This document shows, one piece after another, positions 1-7,848 of a stretch of DNA of 64,000 nucleotides. Position 1 is the first letter of the stretch. The number at the start of each line of letters is the position of its first letter. Source of the DNA: an uncultured virus (IMG/VR IMGVR_UViG_3300009684_000026) (lineage: Duplodnaviria; Heunggongvirae; Uroviricota; Caudoviricetes). The notes below the pieces were generated by a model, which did no database searches, was not told the origin of the DNA, and saw nothing but the letters and a program-made list of their open reading frames with translations. The DNA lies in the IMG/VR virus record IMGVR_UViG_3300009684_000026, one strand, 5' to 3'. Both the position numbers and the translations under genes were made by a program.

Positions 1-2
1 CT

Positions 3-173
3 GAACATAGCCATCCAAAACACGGGGTTGTAGATATGACCGATATGGCAGTTCATGACCATGAAACAGGAGAAGAAACTCTTCCTGAACATTTGACTGG
101 TGCTCATATAAAACAAGTTCACCACGAGTTTTTGCAGTATAAAAAAGAAAATTATCCAAAGGAAATGCAATAG
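3..173 (+). CDS. 3' end of a His-rich hypothetical protein (truncated by the window start)
   Basis: Open frame 3 (EHSHPKHGVVDMTD...YPKEMQ) ends at TAG 171-173, just before ATG 176. Confidence 0.6.
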   Translation, partial: EHSHPKHGVVDMTDMAVHDHETGEETLPEHLTGAHIKQVHHEFLQYKKENYPKEMQ

Positions 174-175
174 CC

Positions 176-1525
176 ATGGCCCGTAAACCTATAAAAGAAC
201 CAAAAACTCGGTCAGAAGCTTTTTTAACTGGTCAACGACCTCTTCAAATAGAGGATTTAACAAAACAAGAACAAAAAAAAGCATTTAAAGCTGTATCGGA
301 ACACACCATGCGTACTCGTGAAAATCTTGCAAAATTAGCAGAGCATGTTAACCACCCAAATAAAGAAGTTAGAGTTAAAGCCAACCGAGCACAACTTGCT
401 CTTGACACAGGAGCAGTAAATAAGCGATACAACCACGAAGAGGCAGTTCAACAACATGTTGAAGGAGTAGAACAAGCTGCAAGAATTCGTCGTCCTGGAG
501 AAGCAATTCGTGGTGGTGGATTTTACATCTCACATGCTGACCCAATTCATGCAGCTGTGGAAGGACATGATCTAACTCCTGAACTTGGGTATGAAGCAAC
601 TGCAAAACTTAGTGTTCGCAATAAACCTGGAAATGAAAAAAAATCGTTGGCTGCTTTAATGGATGCTCACGAAAAAGGTTCCGTTACGTTTACTCCAGAG
701 TTAGTTACCAGCATTAACTCTGTTTCTAAACAGCCTGTTCCTCAAGAACATGTTGGAAAAACAATTGCTTTTTCTCAAGTAACACCTGAAAATCTTGCTG
801 CAATGGTTCATCCTGACGTAAGAGACTTAGCGCAACATTCCAGTACAAATGTTGATTTTCCTAGCATTGCTAAAGGTGGAATGAGAACCAACAACATTGC
901 TCCCGCTCATGCAGTATTGCAAACTCGTCAAGGTAATGACCCATATTCAAATCCAAAATTAAAAAGCTATGCACTGTCTCATGCCGAAGCACCTCGTGCT
1001 GGTTCTCCTGAAGCAGAAGAATACAATATGAGAATGGCTCATATTTCAGATGCTGTAACAGGTCAAATTGGTAGAGGTCAACAAGCATTTGATTTTTATG
1101 GGTTACAAGATAACAATCAAGGACACTTGTCAAATGTTGCTCCTACCCCAATAGATTTGCATCATAAACGAATTGCTTACAATCAACCATCTGGAGCACC
1201 TTATGCTGCTGTAGGAGACATTACTCTTACTGCAAAAGGCGATATTGCTAGAGGCGATAAAAAAATTACAGGAGAAGGAATTGAACATGCTGTTCTTCAA
1301 AACTCTGTGCATGAAGCAGCAAAACGTATTCAACAAAAATATGATCTTCCATTTACAGTTCCTTCTCGCGTTGTAAATGAAGGTGCTTGGGCAGCAACTC
1401 GTGAAAAAACTGGTGATGATACCAACCCTATGAAAAAAGAAGTAGATGCTGCTCATTCAGAAGCTTTAAAAGAACACGAACGTAAAAAAGCCAACCTGAG
1501 TAAACAGTTAGATTTGTTTGCATGA
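176..1525 (+). CDS. Hypothetical protein, possibly HhH-GPD-like (DUF7178-like), with a C-terminal QLDLF motif
   Basis: 449-aa ORF; FY..H, PKLKSY, PIDLHHKR and EGAW motifs resemble phage HhH-GPD-like proteins; ends NLSKQLDLFA. Confidence 0.5.
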   Translation: MARKPIKEPKTRSEAFLTGQRPLQIEDLTKQEQKKAFKAVSEHTMRTRENLAKLAEHVNHPNKEVRVKANRAQLALDTGAVNKRYNHEEAVQQHVEGVEQAARIRRPGEAIRGGGFYISHADPIHAAVEGHDLTPELGYEATAKLSVRNKPGNEKKSLAALMDAHEKGSVTFTPELVTSINSVSKQPVPQEHVGKTIAFSQVTPENLAAMVHPDVRDLAQHSSTNVDFPSIAKGGMRTNNIAPAHAVLQTRQGNDPYSNPKLKSYALSHAEAPRAGSPEAEEYNMRMAHISDAVTGQIGRGQQAFDFYGLQDNNQGHLSNVAPTPIDLHHKRIAYNQPSGAPYAAVGDITLTAKGDIARGDKKITGEGIEHAVLQNSVHEAAKRIQQKYDLPFTVPSRVVNEGAWAATREKTGDDTNPMKKEVDAAHSEALKEHERKKANLSKQLDLFA

Positions 1526-1884
1526 CACAATCATTTGATGGTAACTACGACTACACCAAGCCATGGCGTGCTCCGGTACAGCCTGATCAAGTAGCAAAAC
1601 GTTGGCAATATAACGGGCCATGGTCAACTAACATGGAGCGTTTAACATCACAAGCTTTAATGGTTATGTCTATTCCTGGAAAAGACATTCAAGATATGGT
1701 TCGCCCACCTTTACCTCAAATTCGGTTGTTTCCAGATCGTTTTGGATATGGTCCAAGAACTCAACCTGGAATTGGTGAAGTAGTTACGATTGATCGTCAG
1801 TATCATGAACCACGCATATCTTGGTTCTCAGGTGGTCCTGCTGGATTTGGTGGAACATCAAGAAACGATTTGGGAGGTGTGTAA
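1522..1884 (+). CDS. Hypothetical protein
   Basis: 120-aa ORF with ATGA overlap to the upstream gene. Confidence 0.75.
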   Translation: MTQSFDGNYDYTKPWRAPVQPDQVAKRWQYNGPWSTNMERLTSQALMVMSIPGKDIQDMVRPPLPQIRLFPDRFGYGPRTQPGIGEVVTIDRQYHEPRISWFSGGPAGFGGTSRNDLGGV

Positions 1885-2459
1885 TGTCTAAAGAAGATGG
1901 ATTTCCGCATTTTGTAGAGTACTCACCTGAAGAAGCTGGACACTTTAAAGCGTTTATTCAACGAGCAAAAAAAGATAATCCTCATGGCGCCGCTGTAGAT
2001 GTTCACAAAGTTGCGGATTACAAAAAAATGAGAATGTTTACTACACCCGATGGGCTTGCTGGATATGCAGTAAATGAAAATGGCGAATTAAATTCCGTAT
2101 TTAAACACCCAGATGCACCATACAAAAATGTTGCTATGCACGCAGCGGAACATGCAAAACTATTGGCTGGAGCAACGCATCTTTCAGCTTTTGACCCTAT
2201 GTTGCCACACGAATACCAAAAAGGTGGGTTTAGAGCTTTGAGCCATGTTCAATGGAACGAAGAATACAAGCCAAAAGGTTGGAAAGTTAGATTGCAAGGT
2301 CGTCCAGCCGTTGCATTTAGTGGCGCAGACAAAGATATTGCAAAAGAAGCAAAGTCAGGAAACAATAGGTATAGAGAGTTTTCTACGCCTGAAGTAGAAG
2401 ACTATGATGTAGGAATGGCTAATGCCAAGGAACACGGTGAAAGGAACCGAAATGCTTGA
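1884..2459 (+). CDS. GNAT-like protein of the type found in phage polyvalent proteins
   Basis: GGAGG SD and TAATG coupling at 1884; pattern GYAV...ELNSVF...LSAFDPMLPHEYQKGGF...WNEEYKPKGW. Confidence 0.5.
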   Translation: MSKEDGFPHFVEYSPEEAGHFKAFIQRAKKDNPHGAAVDVHKVADYKKMRMFTTPDGLAGYAVNENGELNSVFKHPDAPYKNVAMHAAEHAKLLAGATHLSAFDPMLPHEYQKGGFRALSHVQWNEEYKPKGWKVRLQGRPAVAFSGADKDIAKEAKSGNNRYREFSTPEVEDYDVGMANAKEHGERNRNA

Positions 2460-2652
2460 CGGAGATGGCGGAGAGATGATGGAGTTTCAAGCCCGTAAAA
2501 TTGCGGAAAATTCAATTCAATACAAAGGGTCTGCACCTTGTCCAACATGTGGCATAATCCTTAACCCAGTAGAGGCCTTGCATAGCAAAGGCATGTGCGT
2601 AACATGCTACGCACAGAAGATGGCTGATCGTGTAAAACGTAAAATGGTATAG
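2452..2652 (+). CDS. Small Zn-ribbon protein
   Basis: CPTC...CVTC; AAGGA SD before ATG 2452. Confidence 0.65.
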   Translation: MLDGDGGEMMEFQARKIAENSIQYKGSAPCPTCGIILNPVEALHSKGMCVTCYAQKMADRVKRKMV

Positions 2653-2769
2653 TTAAAAAGCGTAAAATGGTATATTAGTATTAAAAAAATCTACAGTTAA
2701 TATCTACCAAAGAACAATTCTTGGTAGACTAGAATAGCAAAAAACGTCCTAACAAAGGAATAAGAAATT

Positions 2770-2976
2770 ATGGCAGTTAATTCATCACGTTCAATGAACT
2801 CATCATTAAACGAGGGTTCTACTGACGGAAAGTATCGTAAAGCTCGCCCAGATACAGAAGTTATTCCTGGTCTTGGAGATGAAGCCACACTTGATAACCG
2901 TCAGTCACTTCACCCATTTTACGGTTTTGGATTTTTAACTTCTGAATACCCAAATAAAGTTAACCCAGGTAAATAA
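2770..2976 (+). CDS. Hypothetical protein
   Basis: 68-aa ORF, AAGGA SD, TAGACT -10-like box at 2725-2730. Confidence 0.7.
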   Translation: MAVNSSRSMNSSLNEGSTDGKYRKARPDTEVIPGLGDEATLDNRQSLHPFYGFGFLTSEYPNKVNPGK

Positions 2977-2978
2977 TC

Positions 2979-3185
2979 ATGGCTTTAACTATGTCTGGTG
3001 AAGAAGGAGACCCAACGTCTCGTTACCAAAATCCTCGTTATTCTGGTAAAAAACCATTAACAACTTATGGTTCTGGAAATAAAATGATTGCTGCATGTGG
3101 TCATGAAGATTCTTTAGGTCATTTAACAGGTACTGTATGTGGTAGTTGTGCTCGTAAAGGGCACAAAAAAGCAATGGGAAAATAA
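2979..3185 (+). CDS. Small protein with CGH...CGSC motif
   Basis: 68-aa ORF in a tight operon. Confidence 0.65.
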   Translation: MALTMSGEEGDPTSRYQNPRYSGKKPLTTYGSGNKMIAACGHEDSLGHLTGTVCGSCARKGHKKAMGK

Positions 3186-3403
3186 TGGCTACTGCAGTTC
3201 CAGATCGTGGAGAAAATCCTAAACGTAAAATTAATTTTTATCACCAAAGTGGTAAATACAGTCATAGTGCTGATGTTCGTTACTTAAAGAATGGACGTCC
3301 TCACGCTGGAGACATTAAACGAAATACCAAAAATCTTGGTGGAGTTAATTGGGCTTTATCTACGCATGACTACAATCCCGATGCACCAAAAAGACCAGAA
3401 TAA
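3185..3403 (+). CDS. Hypothetical protein
   Basis: 72-aa ORF, TAATG coupling. Confidence 0.65.
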   Translation: MATAVPDRGENPKRKINFYHQSGKYSHSADVRYLKNGRPHAGDIKRNTKNLGGVNWALSTHDYNPDAPKRPE

Positions 3404-3420
3404 CGCGAAAGGTAAATATA

Positions 3421-3852
3421 ATGGGCTTGTTAAGACGAGTTGCTAACCGTATGTCAAGAGGAACTGGCGTACCAAATCGTAATCAAAATCGTTCGTTAAT
3501 GATGGGTCCGCCTCTTCTTGGACCACCACCCGGCATAGAACCACCTCCTGCGTTTAATCACGCTACGTTTAAAGGGCCCGATCTGCAATCTGGCAGCAAT
3601 AGTTCTTTATCTAACGGTAATAGTAACGAAAGAGAAATACCAAAAATAGGACACCCAGCATTAGAAAAAGCTATAGCACACCACCAAAAACTTGCGGATT
3701 CTCATAAATTTCATCTTGACCGAGAACGCTTAATGAACGGTATGCAGACTTCAGATTCTTACGGCGATTCCAAATCAGTAGCCTTTGAAGAAAAATTAAA
3801 ATACTTAAGAGGTATGCGCGGAACCGCACCTGGACAAGCTTGGTTGTCATAA
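3421..3852 (+). CDS. Hypothetical protein
   Basis: 143-aa ORF, GAAAGG SD. Confidence 0.65.
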   Translation: MGLLRRVANRMSRGTGVPNRNQNRSLMMGPPLLGPPPGIEPPPAFNHATFKGPDLQSGSNSSLSNGNSNEREIPKIGHPALEKAIAHHQKLADSHKFHLDRERLMNGMQTSDSYGDSKSVAFEEKLKYLRGMRGTAPGQAWLS

Positions 3853-3927
3853 CACTTTTTTAATTTAACTTTTATAACTAAGAGGTTAATTATCTGTTAA
3901 GATATTAGGACTACTAATAGGAGCATA

Positions 3928-4479
3928 ATGAGTAACATACCTGTTTTGGGCGAAAAAAAGATGGACAATGAACCGATGTTTCGGTTGTTGTACTGTCTTG
4001 TATGTCAAACATTGGAAGAACTACCGCCTTATGATGGTATCCCAGAACAAGATCATTTGCTTGCTATTGCTTGTGAGCAACACGTCTTTCCATCAGGGGA
4101 ACCGCATAAAGGCAAACTTTTTGTTGTTCCGTTAAGAGCATGGGCTAAAAGTGAGTCAAAGAAAGAAATTATTCGCCAAATTAAAAGTGGAGGCTCTAAA
4201 GGTCTTGCAGAAATTGATGATACATTTTATGAATCAAGATCAACCTTTCTTGAGGGTGCAATGGAGTGTTACAAACGACATAAAAAACCTAAAGATGGTT
4301 GTGATGACTGGCACGCTAAAGATAGACTACTTGTGCCAAATACTATCAAGGAGCGTAAATCAGAAGGTATGGCACGCTACCAAGATGAAGCAGGACCAAA
4401 GACATACCTATGCGACTTTTGCCCTGTAGCAATTGGCGTAGCCCAACGTAAGCGCAAACTGTTAGGAATAGAACCATGA
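3928..4479 (+). CDS. Cys/His-rich hypothetical protein, probably Zn-binding
   Basis: AGGAG SD; CLVC, CYKRH, YLCDFCP. Confidence 0.75.
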   Translation: MSNIPVLGEKKMDNEPMFRLLYCLVCQTLEELPPYDGIPEQDHLLAIACEQHVFPSGEPHKGKLFVVPLRAWAKSESKKEIIRQIKSGGSKGLAEIDDTFYESRSTFLEGAMECYKRHKKPKDGCDDWHAKDRLLVPNTIKERKSEGMARYQDEAGPKTYLCDFCPVAIGVAQRKRKLLGIEP

Positions 4480-4751
4480 CACAAGCAGCATATATCGTTA
4501 CACTTAACGATGACGGAAGCATCAGCACAGAATCAGTGGATATTGATAAAGGTGTAGAGCGTAAAGCTACAACTTACGACATTTTTCAATCCAGTAAAGA
4601 GTTGGTCTCGGAGATTGAAAGTCAGATGCTTGCAGAGCGTATATCTCGTCGTGTATTGGCTGGTTTACAGCCTGCTGACCCATCAGCAGAAACACGGGCA
4701 AAGATTATTGATGCTTTAAACGAACGAAAGCAAGAGACCCCCGTAGACTAA
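4476..4751 (+). CDS. Hypothetical protein
   Basis: 91-aa ORF, ATGA overlap. Confidence 0.7.
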   Translation: MTQAAYIVTLNDDGSISTESVDIDKGVERKATTYDIFQSSKELVSEIESQMLAERISRRVLAGLQPADPSAETRAKIIDALNERKQETPVD

Positions 4752-4756
4752 GGGGT

Positions 4757-5689
4757 ATGTTCAGAAATTTAGCGAGTAACGCAAATCCTGTAAATATACA
4801 GGGTTCTTCTACATCGTATTTTTCTGCCCCTGAACAAGAGTTAGACCCACGTTTGTTCTCAGGAACAATGCTTAATGGTTGGGTTCGCAATGGTATTTTG
4901 CAACTTCTTTTTGGGTTTCTTAACGAAAACTATCGTCACCCTGATTTATGGTGCCATGTATGGATTGCTGGTTCTGGGGTCTCATATCAATGGTCTGCTG
5001 CTCGTGAGCCAGGAGACCTAGATGTTTTAATTGGCGTTGATTATATCCAATTTCGTAAAGCCCATCCTGAATACATGGGTCTTGGAAATGTTGAGATCAG
5101 CAAAATGCTTAATGATGATTTTCGTGAGCATTTACAGCCAGAAACAGAGAATTGGAATGGCTTTGAGGTTACCTTTTATGTAAACCCAGGGGCTACAGAT
5201 ATTCGTTCTATAAACCCCTATGCAGCGTACGATCTTACACACAACGAGTGGACAGTTCATCCTTCACATTCAACCGCTCCTAACAATCTAGTATGGGATG
5301 AAGTTGCAAAAAGAGACCTGTCAAGAGCATCAGAAATTGTTGCTCGCTATAGTAACGCCTTGACTCATGTACAGAACGCTCAAAATGATGCGGCAAGACG
5401 TAATGCAGAGATACAACTTCAATCAGCACTTATTCAAGGGTCAGCCTTATACGATGACATTCATTCGTCACGAAAGTTTGCCTTTCGTCCTGAAGGACAA
5501 GGTTACTCAGATTTTTATAATTATAGATGGCAGGCTGGAAAAAAGTATGGAACCATACCTGCCCTACGAAAGATGTCTGAGTACTGGTCAGCATACAAAA
5601 CGCAACAAGCTGATGAAACCTATGGCGTTGAACTGCCAGATACTCAGACCCTAATTAGACGAGCAGCAACGTATAGAGCAAAAGGATAA
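4757..5689 (+). CDS. Pol-beta superfamily nucleotidyltransferase
   Basis: hGS...DxD signature IAGSGVSYQW...GDLDVLIGVD; later EVTFYV. Confidence 0.75.
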   Translation: MFRNLASNANPVNIQGSSTSYFSAPEQELDPRLFSGTMLNGWVRNGILQLLFGFLNENYRHPDLWCHVWIAGSGVSYQWSAAREPGDLDVLIGVDYIQFRKAHPEYMGLGNVEISKMLNDDFREHLQPETENWNGFEVTFYVNPGATDIRSINPYAAYDLTHNEWTVHPSHSTAPNNLVWDEVAKRDLSRASEIVARYSNALTHVQNAQNDAARRNAEIQLQSALIQGSALYDDIHSSRKFAFRPEGQGYSDFYNYRWQAGKKYGTIPALRKMSEYWSAYKTQQADETYGVELPDTQTLIRRAATYRAKG

Positions 5690-5693
5690 AACC

Positions 5694-6182
5694 ATAAACA
5701 TACTCGTATCACTAGACGGCGTACTCAGTTCGGAATCAGGAGAACCTATTCGTGCTGGAGTTGCACTTTATTACGCCCTAAACATTAACAACCGTGTAGC
5801 CATTATGACTTCTCGCCACACAGAAGATGCCAAACATTGGCTTCAATCACACGGCATTATTAACTACGACGATTTGATTGATTCTTCTTTTGCATTGGAA
5901 GGCGAAGACCTAAAGAAGAGACAATTCACTTTATCACGTTCACGGGCCCCTATTGAGATGTATGTAGATTCTGATCCAACCATGTGTGCATGGGTATTTG
6001 AAGAACAACACATTCCAGCAGTTCTTTTTAGCCATCCTGGGTTTGCTGCTGTAGAGAACCGACCAGATGCCCCAAAGAAAGTACGACGTTGGTCAGATAT
6101 AGAAGCCTCTATTACACGAGTAAACATATCACGTTCGGAAAACGCTCAAAAACCAAAAGAAGCAGAACTCTGGTCTGACTAA
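5694..6182 (+). CDS. HAD-superfamily-like protein with degenerate motif I; probable ATA start
   Basis: In-frame extension upstream of ATG 5805 reads INILVSLDGVL; motif II-like IMTSR and motif IV-like YVDSD; AAGGA SD 7 nt before ATA 5694. Confidence 0.6.
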   Translation: MNILVSLDGVLSSESGEPIRAGVALYYALNINNRVAIMTSRHTEDAKHWLQSHGIINYDDLIDSSFALEGEDLKKRQFTLSRSRAPIEMYVDSDPTMCAWVFEEQHIPAVLFSHPGFAAVENRPDAPKKVRRWSDIEASITRVNISRSENAQKPKEAELWSD

Positions 6183-7687
6183 TGAAGATTATCTTTAGCG
6201 GGTCTGAAGTAGGCTCCAACCGTAATCTTCTTTTAGGTCAAAAAGTTGAGTCAATGGGACTCAACTATTGGACTTTACGCAAAAGAGGTTTGCCTACAAC
6301 TAAACGCTGGTTGATTAGTGAGCATTATGACTCTGCCATTAGTGTCTTTATTGAGTCTGGAGCTGCACAGGCAGAAAAAGCTGGTCTTTCAAAAGAAGAG
6401 CTAACGTCTTTAGCATCGGATTATCAAGAGTTTTTGGTTGATAACAGTGAACGAGCTTCAGCGTACATGGAGTTTGACTCGTTAATTTTGGGGAAAGATT
6501 GGGTAGAAGCCCAACGCCCATTCTACGAGCATGACCCTAAGTTTTGGGTTGTCTGGCATGAAGAGTACGGGTTACCAGCCCTTAAAGCTATGTCTGAGAC
6601 ATATAAAAACTTGGTTATACCCAACGACGAGATTGAGTCTGTTACGAGCCTCTCAGCCCTTACCAGGGGCTATCAACGACAGTTTGGTACCGCGTACCAT
6701 GCCCTTGCCTGCGCTAAGCCAGATAACCTTAGACAGATACCATTTGCCTCAGCAAGTACATTGTCATGGCTTTCACCTATGCGCCGGGGAGAAACAATTG
6801 TTTGGGATGGCACCCAAATTAAACGTTATCCAAAGCGGATGAAAGACCAAGCACGTCGTCGTTATAAGACCGTTGTGGAGAAAGCAGGGCTGGACTATTT
6901 AGGGTTTAGCCAAGATAACACCCTAGAAGCTACTAGAGTTGCGGTATGGTCATACTTGGAATTGGAGAGGTCAATGGACAAAAAAAGCCCTAACTTTCAC
7001 ATCATTGAGGGGGGTCAAAAGAGCCAAGTATCTGATAACAACGATACCCCCTTACTATCAGGAATGGGGGAATTGGGTGGGTACCCTTCTGATAACAGTG
7101 GTTCTGAGATGCGGAAAGTTGAACGTGCAGAAGTAGTCCAACGAGACCCAGATGAAGTTCAAAATCTTCCCGTTTTTGGGTACAAGATGAAGACCGTAGT
7201 TGAAACTGATGACAACGGAAAAGATGTCTTAATGGATATTCCTGTTGTTCAGACTCAACAATCTTCTTTAAGACAATGCGACACTTGCTTTGTTGCTGCT
7301 AATTGCCCTGCTTTTAAACCGCAAAACACTTGCGCTTTTAATCTTCCCATTGAAGTTAAAACTAAAGATCAATTAAAAGCTTTAATGACTTCTATGATTG
7401 AAATGCAAGGTCAAAGGGTTGCTTTTATGCGTTTTGCGGAAGAAATGAATGGTGGATATGCTGACCCCAATGTGTCTCAAGAAGTAGATCGTTTAATAAA
7501 AATGGTTGAGAAAATTAACGACATGAACTCGGATAAAGAGTTTATCCAGATCACAGCTTCACGTCAATCTTCTGGTGGAGTTCTGTCAGCAATTTTTGGA
7601 GACAAAGCTCAGGCTCTTCGTGAGCTACCTGAAGCTCTCAAAGAAGAACAAGTAACAAAGATAATCCAATCTTCTATAGAAGATTAG
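6182..7687 (+). CDS. tRNA-guanine transglycosylase (TGT/DpdA)-like barrel with degenerate active site, plus a C-terminal Cys-rich domain
   Basis: VFIESGA, YMEFD, VVWHEE, YHALA, FASASTLSW occur in the order of TGT-like motifs DSGA/PVWH/HxLG/SxDSxSW; CDTC..C..C in the C-terminal part. Confidence 0.5.
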   Translation: MKIIFSGSEVGSNRNLLLGQKVESMGLNYWTLRKRGLPTTKRWLISEHYDSAISVFIESGAAQAEKAGLSKEELTSLASDYQEFLVDNSERASAYMEFDSLILGKDWVEAQRPFYEHDPKFWVVWHEEYGLPALKAMSETYKNLVIPNDEIESVTSLSALTRGYQRQFGTAYHALACAKPDNLRQIPFASASTLSWLSPMRRGETIVWDGTQIKRYPKRMKDQARRRYKTVVEKAGLDYLGFSQDNTLEATRVAVWSYLELERSMDKKSPNFHIIEGGQKSQVSDNNDTPLLSGMGELGGYPSDNSGSEMRKVERAEVVQRDPDEVQNLPVFGYKMKTVVETDDNGKDVLMDIPVVQTQQSSLRQCDTCFVAANCPAFKPQNTCAFNLPIEVKTKDQLKALMTSMIEMQGQRVAFMRFAEEMNGGYADPNVSQEVDRLIKMVEKINDMNSDKEFIQITASRQSSGGVLSAIFGDKAQALRELPEALKEEQVTKIIQSSIED

Positions 7688-7848
7688 TTACCTGATAACA
7701 GTCTTTTTTTAGATTGAATACGGGTTCACCCTGTATCGGTACGATAAGCCGTCAACAAAGTTATCAAGTGCATGGTAGGTTTTCTTCCGTCACAATAGGC
7801 TTCCCTGATGAGGGGTATTTTAATAAAACTAGAAATGGTGGTACTGGA

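Noticed and set aside
2638..2674. 14-bp direct repeat CGTAAAATGGTATA spanning a gene end
   Set aside because: Only two copies; most simply a small duplication or indel scar.
7805..7836. CTGATGA...GAAA resembling a hammerhead ribozyme core upstream of nrdJ
   Set aside because: The intervening sequence cannot form stem II with the required G-C closing pair, and no stems I/III are evident.
7688..7848. Cobalamin riboswitch or NrdR box before class II nrdJ
   Set aside because: No B12-box or NrdR consensus was recognisable. The TTG-started extension from 7714 is probably not translated.
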